A DNA stretch of 58,647 bases, the filler included, from Basidioascus undulatus (lineage: Eukaryota), in NCBI GenBank assembly GCA_000826855.1. It is 6 parts of 6 records of this genome, joined end to end, with 100 filler letters (N's around TTAATTAATTAA, not from the genome) between each part and the next. Parts side by side here need not be neighbours in the genome. Positions count along the whole stretch, not along the records: positions 39,161 to 48,855 come from JTLS01001218.1; positions 48,956 to 58,647 come from JTLS01001219.1; 4 more parts are not named here. One strand, written 5' to 3'. Under the pieces are notes generated by a model that made no database searches, was not told the origin of the DNA, and saw only the letters and a list, made by a program, of their open reading frames with translations. Numbering within the stretch: the stretch's first letter is position 1; every line of letters begins with the position of its first letter. This document shows positions 47,434 through 58,647 of this stretch, piece by piece. A program made the position numbers and the translations under genes.

Positions 47434-48855
47434 TCATGCTGCGGGCGAACCTTGGCGGCTTGCGGAGGCAGCATGGAGCGGCGTCATCGTGAAGATGCTC
47501 GCGGGCGCCTGCGCGGGGGACTGGTGCGCCAACCGCACGCCGCCGCTGTGGCCGCCGGGACTCGGTGGCGGGGAGCCATGGACGGAGGTCGGTGCGGAAC
47601 GGCTCGCCTGGAAGGGCTGTGAGGTAAGGCGATGATCGTCAGCTGCCGGGCAGGGAACGAGACTGTTCACGAAGACCTACGAAGCCGGTTCCGTGACCGG
47701 GCGACGGCAAAGGGTGCACAGGCGCAGGCGGGGCGCCTGCAGCGCTGCGCATGATCTCCTCGATGCGGTTGCGGCCCTCGGACGGCAAGTTCGGCGGTGG
47801 CTGATACAGCGGGTGGTGGTGTGGCGTAAAGCCTGCCGAGGTCGAAGTCGACTGCGCCTGTGGGACGCTGCCGGAGCTGCAAATATCGTCTAGGAGCGTG
47901 AGCGAGCTAGAAGAGAAGTTATGTGAAGCAATTGAACCGCACCTGTTCGACCGTATGAACGCTGGCGGACTCATCGGACCCGGAGGAGACTTCGACAAGG
48001 CGGACGCGTTGAGCGATGGCAGGTGGCCTGTCGACGAGTGCGCGGACGAGCTGTGGCCGGACGAGTTTCCGCAGTACGGGTGCGACCGGTGCTTGTGCCT
48101 GTACGAAAAATCATCAGTACCCCGCTCGTGCAAAGAAAAATCGCACCGACGCACGAGAAATGGTGCCCGTGCTCAAGCGCGTGCTGCGTTCCATACTCGC
48201 CCAGCCCGCCGCTCGGCGGCGTCCCCGCGGGGCTCGGATCATGGCTGCCCCCGCTGGTCGAGCCGTCAGGGGCGGTCGCGCCCGTCATGCTCAGAGGGGG
48301 CAGTCGCAAGTTGGCGAAGTGAATCGGGCTGCTTGCGCGGCTGCCCGCGCGGCTGACCGACGGCGAGTTGTGCGCGGAGTTGGCGCCCGAAGGCGTGGCG
48401 GAGTTGGGGAAGGGGCCATTACCGAACGTCGGGGGGAAGTTGTTGGCGTTCGGGAAGAGGCTCAGCGTGCGCAGCGGACCGAGCACGGGAGACGAGGACG
48501 GCGTGAAATCGACCGCGCCGCCTGGCACAACGGGATGGCCGCCTCCGTGCCGCGACGCGAACGGCCCGTCCTCCGCGTCGGAGAAGTCCGAGTCCGCAGA
48601 GGACACGGGGCTGACGTTCGTTGAATGGTCGGTCGAGCTCGGGTAGGGGTACGGCGCGAAGCTGTGCCGGTGGCTGCGGAGGTGAGGGGGCTCGCCCGTC
48701 GGGTGCCTGTGCAGGTCGTCGCGCGCGGCGGCGCGCGAAAAGGCCTGGACGAGGGAAGGGTGCGAATGGGCGGGTGCGGATGAGGAAGAGGAGCGTACCG
48801 CTTATGGACGATATCCGGGTCCTCCTGGAACGCCTCGGCGGAGATCCACATCTGT
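47434..48855 (-). CDS. 3' part of a probable Cre1/Mig1-like carbon catabolite repressor; zinc fingers lie outside the contig
   Basis: FTPSSSPVLGPLRTLSL...SRASSPI..LRLPPL, RSHPY, SRSAPTS and a terminal FTMTPL resemble the basidiomycete Cre1 C-terminal motifs as I recall them. The C2H2 domain is not visible. Confidence 0.55.
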
Positions 48856-48955
48856 NNNNNNNNNNNNNNNNNNNNNNNNNNNNNNNNNNNNNNNNNNNNT
48901 TAATTAATTAANNNNNNNNNNNNNNNNNNNNNNNNNNNNNNNNNNNNNNNNNNNN
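48856..48955. other. Artificial contig linker
   Basis: N44-TTAATTAATTAA-N44. Confidence 0.98.
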
Positions 48956-49316
48956 GTCCCTCCGCCGGCCCCTCCGGCACGTCTCCTCCTCTCCGGCCGT
49001 CCTAACCATCAACACCCCCACCGCCGCCCGCGCGCCCGCATCAGCAACATTCACCTCCCCCTCGCCCTCCCTCGACCTCGGCCACCACCGCACGCTGTTC
49101 GACTTCGACTCCGGCGAGGGCCTGAGCGGGTCGGCCACGCCTGGCAGCGAGCTCTGCCCAGCCGCGACGGACAGCGGCCAGCTCCTCCCCCTCGGCGGCG
49201 GCGCCGCGGGCGCGAGCAGCCTCAGTCGGAACTCGAGCGCCGTCAACCTCACGAGCCTCGTCCCCCGCAGCGTGAGCTCTGCCCGCCTGTCCGGCACGTC
49301 CGGGGGGGACGGGTGA
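48956..49316 (+). CDS. 3' end of an unidentified gene
   Basis: Open, GC3-rich frame (LRHVSSSPAVL...LFDFDSGEG...SRNSSAVNLTSL...GGDG*) ending at TGA 49314-49316. Confidence 0.6.
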
Positions 49317-49322
49317 TGGGTT

Positions 49323-49346
49323 GAGGATCAGGATCAGGATCAGGAT
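49323..49346. repeat. (AGGATC)n microsatellite, about 4 units, in a 3' UTR
   Basis: gaggatcaggatcaggatcaggat. Confidence 0.8.
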
Positions 49347-50536
49347 GGGTTCATTGGGGCTTTGGGTTGCTTCGGAGATCGAGACTGTTGTACTTTTCTT
49401 TTGGTAGATGGGTGGGAGCTAGTTCGCTAGCTTCATAGATGTGCGACCGGACGCACGGTGCTGGACATGCTGCTGTGCGTCGAATGTGCTTCGGATGGGA
49501 ATAGAAGGGTGGCGGTCTGCCTGTCCTGAACTGTAGCCGAGACTGATAGACCGCCCAGCGTTGAGGGACGCGGTTCTGGGTCAATGCGGTTGCTGATGCC
49601 TCCAGGATGAGGGATTTCACATGGTTCGCGGTGCATTGGCAGGAGCGGAGTACAGCGCGGAAGCTGAGTGCTGCAAAGGGCGGGGTGTAGCTGCGGCTCA
49701 AGGCTTCGCCTTCCGCGCAGAAGTTGTACTAATCGTTTCTCAAATGAACAAACACCCAAACATTCTCGAATTTTACCTCTGTGTACCGTGCCGAGCGAGG
49801 TTCAAGGTTCAAGAGCGCGACCGGCGCCAGCCTCATCAATCGTCGCTGACTGTCGTTCCAAGCGCCTTCCCCACGATGAGGCACATGGACACTCAGCACA
49901 CACGCATCTGGTCCAGCGCTGTTCTGGCTGTCTTTCCTGCGACACCACCCTAACTTGCTGCGCAATGCCTCGACGACGTGACGTTTTCTATGGCATGCTT
50001 GTAGCCTGCATTCACCCCCGCCAGGACGTCCTCAGCTGCAGCGAGAGTGCGGTACGCAGAGTTGCGCCGACTTGAGACCATTGACAGAGACGGCAGCCCT
50101 GTCTGTCAGTAAGCGCTGCTGAAGTTGGGGCGAGTCCCGCTCGTGCCATGAATGAGATGGAAGGTATTTGTCGAAACATCGACACTCGATCAAGCGAGAT
50201 CTTTTCGTTTGCAATAAATACATTGAGATGCCCTGGCAGCACCGTCTGAAGTAGTAGAGCGGACGCGAGAACCGCAGCTTGGGTCGCGTGATGTGTGAAT
50301 GGACGGGACGCTTTATTTTCAAGAAGGGAATCACCCTGAGCTGTCCACCAGACCATAGCCTTGCAAGAATCGCGTACGGAGGGTGTATTGCAAAACATTT
50401 TTGAGGCAAGACAATCCAACATTTCTTTCCTCTCCAGCATCTCTTTCTTCCTTGCCCAAGCCCCTTCTAATAAACTCAAGACGAAGATCCACGAAAACAG
50501 CAAAATAAATGGAAGACTTTCTCTCCCGCTTCTCCT

Positions 50537-52331
50537 TCATCCGTCCAGCAACAGCCACTCCATCCCGCCCTCGCACGCGGGCCCGTCCCTAGTCACTACG
50601 ACCATCCCCTCCTCTCCTCCCTTCTCTTCTTTTGCTCCACCGACGCTGACGCGCGAAAACGTCTGTCGCGGGTCCGAAGCGCCGGCCCGGTTGCGGGCGA
50701 GGCGGCGGAGGCGCGGGCAGGCGGGGAAGTAGGTGCGGGCGACGGGGAGGTTGGGCACTGGCTCGGGGTTCCAGAGCTCCTCGGCGCTGGGGGCGGGTGA
50801 GCCGCTGCTGTAGGGCACATCAGGCGCACACGCGGAGAGGAAGAATGAGTGCAGATGGGGCAGGCGGGCGAGCGGGTGGAGGAGGTCGGGCTGGTGGGGG
50901 GAGGGGATGGGCGTGGGTAATAAGGAGAAAGAGGGAAACTGAAGAGAGGGAAAAGGCAGATATCCTTGCCTCGGAAGCTTCAGGAAAGTCCATCGCCAGC
51001 CGACGCAAGCCCGGCGCAGCGTCAGGCAGGGCGCTGAGAACGTCTTTTGCGGATCCACTGCCCCGCACCGCGAGGGTATCGACGCCCGGATTGGACGCGA
51101 GGATCTCGAGCAGCCCCTCGAACATCGATTCCTGCTCGACCAGGAGCATGAGCGCCCTGAGCGTCGGGCGCGCGCTGAGTCCCTTCACGAGCGCCTCGGC
51201 GACCTCGCACGGGTGTCCGCACGACTCGGGGAACTCGTCCCACATGCAGTCGTCCGGCCCGTCGTGGAACTCGAAGCGGGCGAGATGCGGGAGGAAGATT
51301 GAGGAGAGGGAAAGGTAGAAGGACGAGAGCGCCACGTAGTCCCAGATGATGTTGACGGGGAGGGAGAGAGGGGTGAGCGTGGAGGAGGTCCGGGGGAGGA
51401 GGGAGAGGAGATGCGAGATTGGGGAAGGCCCGGAGGGCGACAGGGACGGCGGGTAGTCGTCGTCGAGGTCGGTGGGAAGGTGGTGGAGGGCAACGTCGAT
51501 GTCGAGCACGGTGGTGAGATGCGTGAGCGAGGGGGGAAACGCCGAGCGTGGCAGGTGCGCAAAGTCGTAGAAGGAGTCGTGCAGCGCGTGGAGAGGCGAC
51601 AGGCAGCTGAGGTCCAGGGAAGTTGAAGAGACTGCACCTGGTGGCACAAAGTCGCGGACGGTGAGGCTCTTCAAAGCGGGGAAAACTTGGAGCGCAAGAG
51701 GGTGCGAAGGGTTGACACGGCTGGTTTTGTGAAAGAATTGGTGGGCGTAAGGTCAACAATCCGTTGAGAAAATGGAAAGATACAGAACGGCACCCACCCG
51801 CCAAGGTCGACACACTGGAGATGCGGGATAATGCTTGACCTCCTCATGTATCCCTCCGTACCCCTAATATCCATACGCAAGCTCTTCCTGTGGGTCGTAA
51901 GGCAAGTTTTTGCGCTCAAAGCGCAGCAAGAAGACCTGCGGCGAAGAAACGAGCTTCACAGGCGCTGCCAGCAGGTCCATGTTCCATTGCGTGGCCAGTT
52001 GTCCAATCAATCTCAGTCTCGAATTGTGTTCTCAAACCAATTAAATGCATGGTGGAAGTACCGTCCTCTAACCCGCTCCCCAGCTACGCCACCCGGCATG
52101 ACTTGGCCCGCTATCATCTCCTTCACGCCTGCGCGCACCTGCGAGCGCGCGAAGCGAGCCTACGACATCTGCGGGCGTGTCCCGCCCGTTGAAGGAGAGG
52201 TGTCTTAACAGGCCGGGGACGGTGGCGCGCCGGAGGGCGCGGCTGGTGAGGGAGAGGCTGAGTCGCGACTGCGGCGTGCAGAGGTCTGAGATCTGGTAGA
52301 GGATGTGGAGGGGCAGGGAGGAGCGGGTCAT
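50537..52331 (-). CDS. F-box-like/LRR-like protein, possibly disrupted in its 5' third
   Basis: The N-terminus is MTRSSLPLHILYQISDLCTPQSRLSLSLTSRALRRATVPGLLRHLSF. Later LRR-like repeats include FPALKSLTV, PPSLTHLT, LPHLARFEF, APGLRRLAM and FPACPRLRRL. Stops near 52068 and 51865 are not clearly intronic. Confidence 0.6.
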
Positions 52332-52559
52332 TGCTGGTTTCAATTTCAGAATGGTGGATGGTGCACATGTGGTGGTGCACGAGGAAGAGAGATGCAGGGG
52401 AGCAAGAGCAAGGAATGGAAGAAGATGTCAAGAATACCTTTTTTTTTTCGCTGTGGCAGCTCGGCAGGCGCTAATAAATAACTTGAAGGATTACGTCCAA
52501 GTATTTCCTATTCAACCGTCTCGGTCAATAACTGCAATCGTGGAAGATGCACTGAGCAA

Positions 52560-53826
52560 AAGAATCAGGTGGAGCCAGAGGCTCTGGCTTACGACCACGT
52601 TCCCGACATACCCTCACTTCTGTCTCCCGCGACGTCAGCGAAATCGCCCTTTCCCACCTTCACCGGACGCACCGTGGGACGCACTCAGACGTTCGGGGTC
52701 CGGTCCTCTCAGCCCTCGTCCCGCTCTCTTCATCCACCCATGTCCATTTCGTCGAGTCCCTCTCGTTGTGCCACTTCAGTCACTTTGAACAGGAGCCTCA
52801 CTTCGAGCCCCCATTACGTTATTAGACTCCACGCGTGCCAAGCTTGCGTCGTCTTACTACCAACACTGCCACATACAAGTTCTTTCAAGGACAGACGACG
52901 ATATTGCAGTGACCGGAGTCTTGCTGACAACCCTTACGAGTTTCAATCTGGATGAAGCGACGATAATCACCGCGGAGCTGGTCATTCTCCCCTCGTATAT
53001 GCAGAACACGCATGGCTGTATGGACCCTCTTGCACGCGCGTCCGTTGGTCTAAAGCGGCTCTGCATCTGGAGGGCGTTCGACGCAACCGCAGTGGCGACC
53101 GTCTTCGGGAATCTCCGCTCGCTCACTCACCTCGTCCTCGGCTTCGGGTCCAGGTTTCACAAGTCCACCTTCAACGTACCCGCCTTGGCCTCGAATCTAG
53201 GTGATCTTCCCTTCATGGGGCGCATCCTCCTCTTTTTCCCAATACCGCACGCATTTGAGGTGAGGAAGGAGCGTGCGAAGATCTGGGTCCAGTCCGACTT
53301 GGCAAGCGCCGGGTTTTGACTCGATGGCAAGTTTCTTGATGACACGCTGTGGGAGTTGCAGGAGGATTTCTCTGAAGGACGCTGTTGGGCAGGAGGAATA
53401 GAAATCGGCTGGGGTGCTAAGGGTCTGTTCCTGTCTTCACTTGCTGTTCCTCTTCTCTTTGATGTCGACGCCAGTAAAGCTCTGCTTTCCTTGTGCACAC
53501 ATTTTTGACCCACCTCTCGCCTCTCTGCTGATACATATCGGAAGAATCTCAACGAATGGGTGATCGAGGTCCAAGAGATACGATCCTCAAGCCAATCTTG
53601 CTCTGGTGGAACTGCACGGAGAATGTGCGTCGCGGGGATGCTCTTCTGGTCATCGGAAGTTATAACACAAAGGGAATCCTTGCTTTTCTGGCTCTCGTTA
53701 TCAGTATGTCCAGCCTGTTTCGGCGGCTTCATTGATTTCCGCAGACCAGCGCACGTCTCTCGTGGCAAAGCGCAAGGCGTTGGAAGTATATCGTCCACTG
53801 CACTGATTTTTGAGTGGCAGAATTAG
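52560..53826 (+). pseudogene. Degenerate LRR-like gene
   Basis: GLKRLCIW...FGNLRSLTHLVLGF. The same frame continues through stops at 53317-53319 and ~53506-53508. Confidence 0.4.
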
Positions 53827-54149
53827 TTGTTGCGAGCTCTTGACTCGAAGGCCGTTCAACCTGGTATCGAACCCATCACTGGTCAACGGTAGGGAGGGCG
53901 CTGGAGCGAGGATTCCGGGGAACACGACACAGCGGGAGCGCTGGCCCCTATATCGTCTCGTCTGTCCGTCCGCCTTGCGTAACAAAACCACGACGGATGG
54001 CGATGCCTTGTTCGTCTCTCGTTTCTCACTCCCTATCACACCATATACTTGAGGTGTTCCGAGACTGCTCGCAAAGCAGATGAGCATTTCGGCTCGGAGT
54101 GATGCTTTAATCCGAAGCTGACAAGAGTGCGACGATCCTCGACGTCTCG

Positions 54150-54870
54150 CATCGACCAGGCGATCTATCTCTGCATGGTCGTCACTGTTCTCTTTCCAAT
54201 GTGGGGGCTTGTGTTTTCCAAGAAGGCCGTGAGGCGTAAGTTATCTCAATACCAAACCAGTACAAGCCTGTGGAGTTCCTGATTGCCTGTTCGTGGCGCC
54301 ACAGATCTGTCGTTCGACGCCGCCCTACTCCGTTTGATCGCCTACACTCTGCTCAACATCAGCGCTTGCGACGGAACCACCTCTATCCATGCCTTCGGCG
54401 GCCTCTTCACCCGAGGGGTTTTCGTGGTGGACTCCGCTCTGCTCCTCCTCGCCCTGTTCCTCCAGCGCTCCGCTGCCTTGTGAGTCCTGATTTTTGACTC
54501 CCGGCTGTGAATTGCTCAACAGCCTGTCACATACAGACGTGTGGTACCTCCTACAGGACCGACCCTCACCCTATCCATCATCTCCCTCTCCCTCTTAGCC
54601 TCTTTCTGCTTCGCGCTGGGTATCGGGTCGCCAAGCGTAGTGGACACCCTCTCGCTGCGCCGCGAAGTGGCATGGGTCGGTGGCATGACTGTCGACGCGC
54701 TCGCCGACATGCCGCACCTGCTCGACCTGTGGACAAAGCGACGTGTGGACGTCTGGAGCTTGGGTATGCTGTAGGCCCAGGGCCTTCAGCGGGTGGCCCA
54801 TTTGGGGTGGTGGGCTGCGAGTGGCGTGAGTGCGCAGTGCGTTGGCTTTACTGTGGTGCCTTCGCTTGAA
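54150..54870 (+). pseudogene. Divergent ERD2/KDEL-receptor-like or PQ-loop membrane protein gene with an in-frame stop
   Basis: Hydrophobic helices and an intron with a GTGAGT donor at ~54480. WVGGMTVDALADMPHLLDLW...SLGML*AQGLQRVAHLGWW parallels the ERD2 pattern W.FSI.LE.VAILPQL...LG.YR..Y..NW. Confidence 0.35.
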
Positions 54871-55381
54871 CATACCTGCAATACAGTCTTATACCCAAAG
54901 TGAAAGCTTTCACCCGCTCTCGGTAGCCTTCCCGACGTTCCACCTATTCCAGCTTCTGGCGTTCGCAGCGTGCGCGCAGGCGAGCGCAGACTCAGGAGGT
55001 TGGCTCACGATGGTCAATTGCAAGCATCGGAGTGGCGAAAGAAAGCGTCCATTTTCCTTGGCTGGGAGGTCGTGGACGAGTGAGTGATTATTCATAATCT
55101 CTTCCAACACCGATGCGATGAGTTCTTACAATCTCTGCCACGGCGACAGAGAGGGAGACTTCGGAAGGTCATCGGGTTGTTGGATTTTGTATAGCTAATT
55201 GCATTGATTTAGGCCTCACATAGGCCTCAGACTGAACTGGACAGCAGTGAAAGAACTTCAATGTGCCTTGGTCGCAATGTTTCAGGTACTTCGTGCTCGT
55301 CAGCCCGAGCCTGCACGACAGCAAGCAGCGCCATCTGCGAATGAAGCAAGCGCTCTCCTCTGACAAACAAGTAACGATGCA

Positions 55382-57093
55382 TTAATTATCCCGGCGTTCT
55401 GCTCTTGCCGTGTACCCGCCCGGACTGCTTTCCTCCAGCTGCTCCACTTCCGCCTGCGCTCCCCCGCCCGCCTCCGCCGGGTACGCCGGCGGGAGCTCGA
55501 CGACCCTACTTGCCCTCGGCCTCACCGGCCCCGCATCCGTATGCTGCAGATACTCCGGCTCGTCCTCCTCGAACTCGGGGCGGCGGAACGGCGAGGGCGG
55601 GTACAGCGCGCCCGAGTGAGGCACGGCCTGGTACATCCCCGCGGAGTTCCACGAGCTGCGCGCGTACCCGCCCTTGCCTGACGAGGTGAGGCGGCTGCCG
55701 CTCGAGTAGCTTGTGGCTGGAGGGCTGGAGCTTGATGCGGGGGGAGGGGTGAAGGGCTCGATGTGCTCGCCGCCTTCGAGAGGGGACGTCTCGTCGAGGT
55801 CGAGCGGGCCCGTGGGGCTGTACGCGTACGCGCCCCCCTTGGATGATGCGTTGCGCCGGCGGCGGTCGAGAAGGAGGAAGGCGCCGAGAAGGAGGAGCAG
55901 GACGAGGATGATCGCGCCCGCGATTATGCCTGCGAGGGCACTGGCGGAGAGAGTGGCGGAAGAGGAGGGGGAGGAGAAGCTGGGGAACAGAGCGTGTCAG
56001 GAGTTGTTGGTGTGGCAGGGAAGTAAGAAGAGACTGGAGACTCGCGAGGTCGACGTGGGCGCGGTTGTCGTAGTGATGTCCTGCGGTGTGCAGCCGCTGA
56101 AGGCCGAGCCATCGTCGGCTTTCACTTTCATCGCTGCGGCGAGGCTTCAGCGACCCCTTCAGAGCAACACGCCCACCGAGGGACTCACGAACGGTCGACC
56201 CGCCATTGCCCCACTTGCCCGCATCGAACGCGGCGACCATGAAGTCTGCGCCCTCCTTCAGGGGCACGGTGAGGTTGAGCAGGTAGTCTTCGGGGACCGC
56301 GTCGAGCGTGAGCGTGAAGGGGGTGCCCTGGACACTGTCACCAGCCGAGAAGAGGGCTTAAGCGAGGAATAGGAGCATTTTGTTGGGGGTGAGAAGGTAC
56401 GCACGGGAGGCCGATGAACCGCAGCGGGGGCTTCATGTCCGGGGAATCTTCGGTCAGGTGGATCGTGAAATTCGAGCAGGGGCGGACGTTGTCCTGCGCA
56501 TGCTGAAAGGGCCTGCAGGCGGCGATAGTCAGATAATGATTCCAGGCAAAATTATAGAGATTGGGTAACGCACGAAGTATTGGTGTTGAACAGGAAGTCC
56601 GTGTCCTTCGAGCGACTGGACAAGCAGGCACTCCTCGACGAGCTGTTGCCGCCCACATTCAAGAGGTCTACCCGCCCAAAGGCCTTGCCGCCATTGGGAA
56701 TCTCGTGTCTAGAATGAAGAAGGATAGGTAGCGCACCCGAGACGATCCCCTCCTCCCACGGTGTGCTGTTCGAGCGCGCGGCGATGAGGAACGGTGTGCC
56801 ATACGGAATGTCCACCGGCCAGCCGTACGTCGATCCCGTATCCAAAAACGTGTACTGGGCACCCGGAATATTCTGCGGTACTATGGTGATCTCGTAAGGC
56901 GGCTGGTGGGTTGGTATTCTTTAAGTTGCTTCGTATAGGGGCGAGCCGAGGCAGACAGGCACCGGAGACGCACCTCTCCGCCCGTCACCTCTACCTCGAG
57001 AGTCTCGCATTGTCGTGGTTCTCCAACTTTTATAGTAAGAGCAGAAACTGAGACAATAAGCGCCGTTGGAAGTATGAGTAGCTTTGTGAGCAT
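55382..57093 (-). CDS. Type I membrane protein: signal peptide, two Cys-containing extracellular repeats, one TM helix, cytoplasmic tail with PPxY
   Basis: Signal MLTKLLILPTALIVSVSA; PRQCETLEVEVTGGEPPYEITIVP; VRPCSNFTI; TM ALAGIIAGAIILVLLLLGAFLLL followed by DRRRR; tail LQHTDAG...VVELPPAY. Confidence 0.8.
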
Positions 57094-57791
57094 CGCGAGG
57101 AGCTGGGGCAAGGTAGAGATGGTGGGAGGGAGGAGAGGAACCGTTGCGCGATGCGGTTACTTGCTCCGCCGTGCCTTTGCCAAGGTTGCTCGGACATCTT
57201 CATCTGAATTCAAGTAGTACGATATTATGCTTGTAGAAGAGGTGCACCGTTCCCGGAGCGCTCGGCGGAGTAATAATCTTCAGAAGCACGGAGTTCGCGC
57301 ACAGCTTCGGCCTGATAACTGACACAGCCCCCCCATCCCAACTTGTCCACTTCGCTAGCCTTCGCCGTGGCCTAATAATGCCGGCTGTCCCATGGCCACC
57401 GCAGACTCAAAGTCAGAAAATCAAGAATTTAACAGAATCTTTGCTGATATTTCCAAAGCGCACCGACATTTCCTTGTAAGGCAGCGCAGTCCACTTCCAG
57501 ATGCGTGCGTGTTTCGTAGGCAGCCAGGAGTGGCACAATATCATGGTGGTTTAAAATGCCTTGGAAATAAATATATAATGCTTTTGGTTTGAAAAATCAT
57601 TTATTTTCAGACAGTGAAAGAGAGAAAGAGAGTGCTTGCGGCTCTTAATTGGCGCCACTCCAGCGTACCCAATTTCAGTTCAGGGCCGGACCTGCGCCCA
57701 AAGCCGCGTCCGCGAAACGCCTCCTCTCTCCCCACTCCATCATCTCCATCTCCCCCACCACCTCCTCCTCCCCACTTCCAAACCCAACAAA

Positions 57792-58647
57792 ATGTCTGAC
57801 AACGATGGTGCGTATTCCCAGCAGCACACCCGCCAATCGGCACGATTGTGTTCTTTTCCGCCTCGCCCGCTCTGTTTTTGGTTTCCGTCGCGATCTACGC
57901 GCCCCACCGACGCGTCAGCCCCCGACCCATCGTCGCGCGATGCTTGAGCAGTCGAAGCGACTCGGTAGCCCAGCGATCCGATTCAATTCGATTCAGTAGA
58001 CCCGCCTTGCTGCGCTCGTTTCTCTGCCTCGATTCCGCCTTGCGACTATTCCTCTGCTCCTGCACCTTTCGACTTCAGCGCGCATGTCCAGCCAGCCTAA
58101 CCCGCCCCCGATCCTCGACCTCTTCCCTCTCCTCCAGCCTGGCAGAACAACAAGTCGCCGGCGCCCGCCGACGATGCGTGGGGCAGCCGCCGCTCGCCCT
58201 CGCCCCGCGACCGCTCGCCGCCCCCCCGCCGCAGCCGCTCGCGCAGCCCGCCTCCCAGGCGCGACGACGACTTCCGCGGCCGGTGAGTCGTGTATGCGTC
58301 GTCTGTGATCTCGGATAGGCGCTGATGAGGGGGGTCGGTCCGCAGCACCCAAGAGTCCGGCGGCCCCGGTTCCGTGAACCCCGGTAACAACCTGCACGTC
58401 TCTGGACTGAGTGTGAAGGTTGACAGCCGCGAGCTCGAGGCGCACTTCGCGGGCATCGGCAAGGTTCGCTTGTTTGCCACGCTACCCCGAAGTTGCAGGC
58501 GCTGACCGGCTGGTTGGGATGTGCAGATCCAGAAGGCGCAGGTCATGTACGACCCGCACACGCGCGAGTCGCGCGGCTTCGGCTTCGTCACGTTCGAGGA
58601 GCCCGGCGACGCGGAACGCGCGATCCAGGAGCTCAACGCGACCGAGC
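57792..58647 (+). CDS. SR-rich single-RRM protein, TRA2-like, 3' truncated
   Basis: MSDND|AWQNN...RRSPSPRDRSPPPRRSRSRSP...NPGNNLHVSGLS...KAQVMYDPHTRESRGFGFVTFE, containing RNP2 and RNP1. Confidence 0.88.

Overview
This is eukaryotic fungal DNA: GC-rich, with many short GT-AG introns, GTGCGT/GTGAGT donors and GCTGAC-like branch sites. It is most likely a basidiomycete, and a Pucciniomycotina-type yeast is an inference. The window is not one locus. It is six contigs of about 9.7 kb joined by an artificial 100-bp linker (44 N + TTAATTAATTAA + 44 N), so neighbourhood only has meaning within a contig. Most entries in the ORF track are spurious, because the real genes are spliced. Recognisable genes are SEC14-like, ATG11 (5' part), a secreted and probably GPI-anchored GMC oxidoreductase, quinone-dependent dihydroorotate dehydrogenase (3' part), UBA4, ATG17, SWD2, a DUF1445/D-glutamate-cyclase-like gene, an STL1-like sugar porter, KRE6/SKN1, a Cre1/Mig1-like C-terminus, a type I membrane protein, a TRA2-like SR/RRM protein, tRNA-Gly(TCC) with an intron and tRNA-Lys(CTT). 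The most unusual signal is in the intergenic DNA, which holds several decayed, intron-retaining gene copies or fragments. These are a glutamyl-tRNA synthetase 3' end, a carotenoid cleavage oxygenase 3' end, a MYND-finger gene, an ERD2-like gene and F-box/LRR genes. There is also a LINE remnant and a degenerate ~165/330-bp tandem repeat. I found no evidence strong enough to claim a new biological system. All family assignments come from motif recognition by eye, and no database search was run. Exon boundaries are approximate.
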